DNA from: Octopus vulgaris
Taxonomy: Eukaryota
Assembly (NCBI GenBank): GCA_951406725.2
Contig: OX597816.1
Span: forward strand, 1,860,001 to 1,924,000
Direction of reading: 5' to 3'
Length of the DNA stretch: 64,000 nucleotides
Shown here: in pieces, positions 61,868 to 64,000 of the stretch
How the letters are laid out: each line of letters starts with the position of its first letter
Position numbering within the stretch: the first letter of the stretch is position 1
Notes under the pieces: generated by a model
Database searches by the model: none
Told to the model about the DNA's origin: nothing
What the model saw: only the letters and a program-made list of their open reading frames with translations
Position numbers and translations under genes: made by a program

Positions 61868-64000
61868 TTCATAGCACATCTGAAGTTCCTCGTAGCACAT
61901 ATTATGCTCCTCATAGTACATCATAAGTTCCTCATAGCAAATCTTATGTTCCATATAGTACATCTTATGCTCCTCATAGCACATCTTATGCTCCTCATAG
62001 TACATCTTAAGTTCCTCGTAGCACATCTTAAGTTCCTCATAGAATATCTTAAGCTCCTAATAGCACATCTTAAGTTCCTCATAGTACATCTTGTGCTGCT
62101 CATAGCACATATTATGCTCCTCATAGTACATCATAAGTTCCTCATAGCACATCTTATGTTCCACATAGTACATCTTATACTCCTCATAGCACATCTTATG
62201 CTCCACATAGCACATCTTATGCTCCTCGTAGCACATCTTAAGTTCCTTGTAGCACATCTTTTGCTCCTCATAGCACATCTTAATTTCCTCGTAGTACATC
62301 TTATGCTCCTCATAGCACATCTTATGCTCCTCGTAGTACATCTTATGCTCCACATAGCACATCTTAAGTTCCTTGTAGCACATCTTTTGCTCCTCATAGC
62401 ACATCTTAATTTCCTCGTAGTACATCTTATACTCCTCATAGCACATCTTATGCTCCACATAGCACATCTTATGCTCCACATAGCACATCTTATGCTCCTC
62501 GTAGCACATCTTAAGTTCCTTGTAGCACATCTTTTGCTCCTCATAGCACATCTTAATTTCCTCGTAGTACATCTTATGCTCCTCATAGCACATCTTATGC
62601 TCTTCGTAGTACATCTTATGCTCCTCGTAGCACATCTTAAGTTCCTCGTAGCATATCTTAAGTTCCTCATAGTACATCTTAAGCTCCTCATAGTAATCTT
62701 ATGTTCCTCATAGCACATCTTAAGCTCCTCATAGCACATCTTATGTTCCTCATAGCACATCTTAAGTTCCTCATAGTACATCTAAAGTTCCTCGTAGTAC
62801 ATCTTATGCTCCACATAGCACATCTTATGCTCCTCGTAGCACATCTTAAGTTCCTTGTAGCACATCTTTTGCTCCTCATAGCACATCTTAATTTCCTCGT
62901 AGTACATCTTATGCTCCTCATAGCACATCTTATGCTCCTCGTAGTACATCTTATGCTCCTCGTAGCACATCTTAAGTTCCTCGTAGCATATCTTAAGTTC
63001 CTCATAGTACATCTTAAGCTCCTCATAGTAATCTTATGTTCCTCATAGCACATCTTAAGCTCCTCATAGCACATCTTATGTTCCTCATAGCACATCTTAA
63101 GTTCCTCATAGTACATCTAAAGTTCCTCGTAGTACATCTTATGCTCCTCATAGTACATCTTATGCTCCTCGTAGCACATCTTGCATTCCTCGTAGCACAT
63201 CTTAAGTTCCTCATAGTACATCTTAAGTTCCTCATAGTACATCTTAAGTTCCTCGTAGTACATCTTATGCTCCTCATAGTACATCTTATGCTCCTCATAG
63301 TACATCTTAAGTTTCTCATAGTACATCTTAAGTTCCTCGTAGTACATCTTAAGTTCCTCGTAGTACATCTTATGCTCCTCATAGTACATCTTATGCTCCT
63401 CGTAGCACATCTTACGTTCCTCGTACCACATCTAAAGTTCCTCATAGTACATCTTATGCTCCTCATAGCACATGTTAAGTTCCTCGTAGCACATCTTAAG
63501 TTCCTCATAGTACATCTTAAGTTCCTCATAGTACATCTTATGCTCCTCATAGCACATCTTATGCTCCTCATAGCACATCTTAAGTTCCTCATAGCACATC
63601 TTATGTTCCTCGTAGCACACCTTAAGTTCCTCATAGTACATCTTATGCTCCTCATAGCACATCTTATGCTCCTCATAGCACATCTTAAGTTCCTTATAGC
63701 ACATCTTATGTTCCTCGTAGCACACCTTAAGTTCCTCATAGTACATCTTATGCTCCTCAAAGCACACCTTATGCTCCTCATAGCACATCTTATGCTCCTC
63801 ATAGCACATCTTATGTTCCTCATAGTACATCTTGTGCTGCTCATAGCACATCTTAAGTTCCTCGTAGCACATATTATGCTCCTCATAGCACATCTTACGT
63901 TCCTCGTAGCACATCTTATGTTCCTCGTAGCATATCTTATGCTCCTCATAGCACATCTTATTTTCCTCATAGTACATCTTATGCTCATAGCACATCTTAT
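61868..64000. repeat. 21-bp minisatellite (TAGYACATCTTAWGYTCCTCR)n with higher-order structure, running off the window end
   Basis: Period 21; ~100 copies; recurring variant blocks. Confidence 0.95.

Noticed and set aside
61799-63995. Heptad-repeat ORFs (MCYEEHK / LIAHLML) resembling coiled-coil proteins
   Set aside because: Translations of the 21-bp minisatellite; both strands are open, and stops and indels accumulate freely.

Overview
Repeat-dense, AT-rich animal genomic DNA, most likely an octopod cephalopod. That is an inference from the tRNA-derived SINE types, RTE-LINE tails ending in (GAT)n, abundant microsatellites and a 'PYHCNICGKTF' C2H2 remnant. No intact protein-coding exon was recognised; the long ORFs are translations of tandem repeats. 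The only host-gene signal is a CpG-richer promoter with tandem ETS (CCGGAAGT) sites at ~33.7 kb and a probable non-coding first exon on the minus strand (donor at 33375). The rest is decayed mobile DNA: RTE and CR1-like LINE fragments, three SINE families, three Tc1/mariner relics (two DD37D with TIRs), TTAA-flanked piggyBac-type MITEs, Helitron and Penelope-like remnants, and 12-, 21- and 31-bp minisatellites. Three observations stand out. (1) Several type-I hammerhead-ribozyme motifs sit in short inverted-repeat elements. One such element has a tRNA-like Pol III head and a 15-bp target-site duplication, and its left junction has been amplified into a perfect 31-bp array. (2) A full-length U1 snRNA copy is fused to the 3' stem-loop/(ATT)n tail of a LINE that is also present in this window. 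(3) A PHD-type finger lies inside the RT domain of the RTE LINE. All calls were made by eye; no database searches or folding programs were run.
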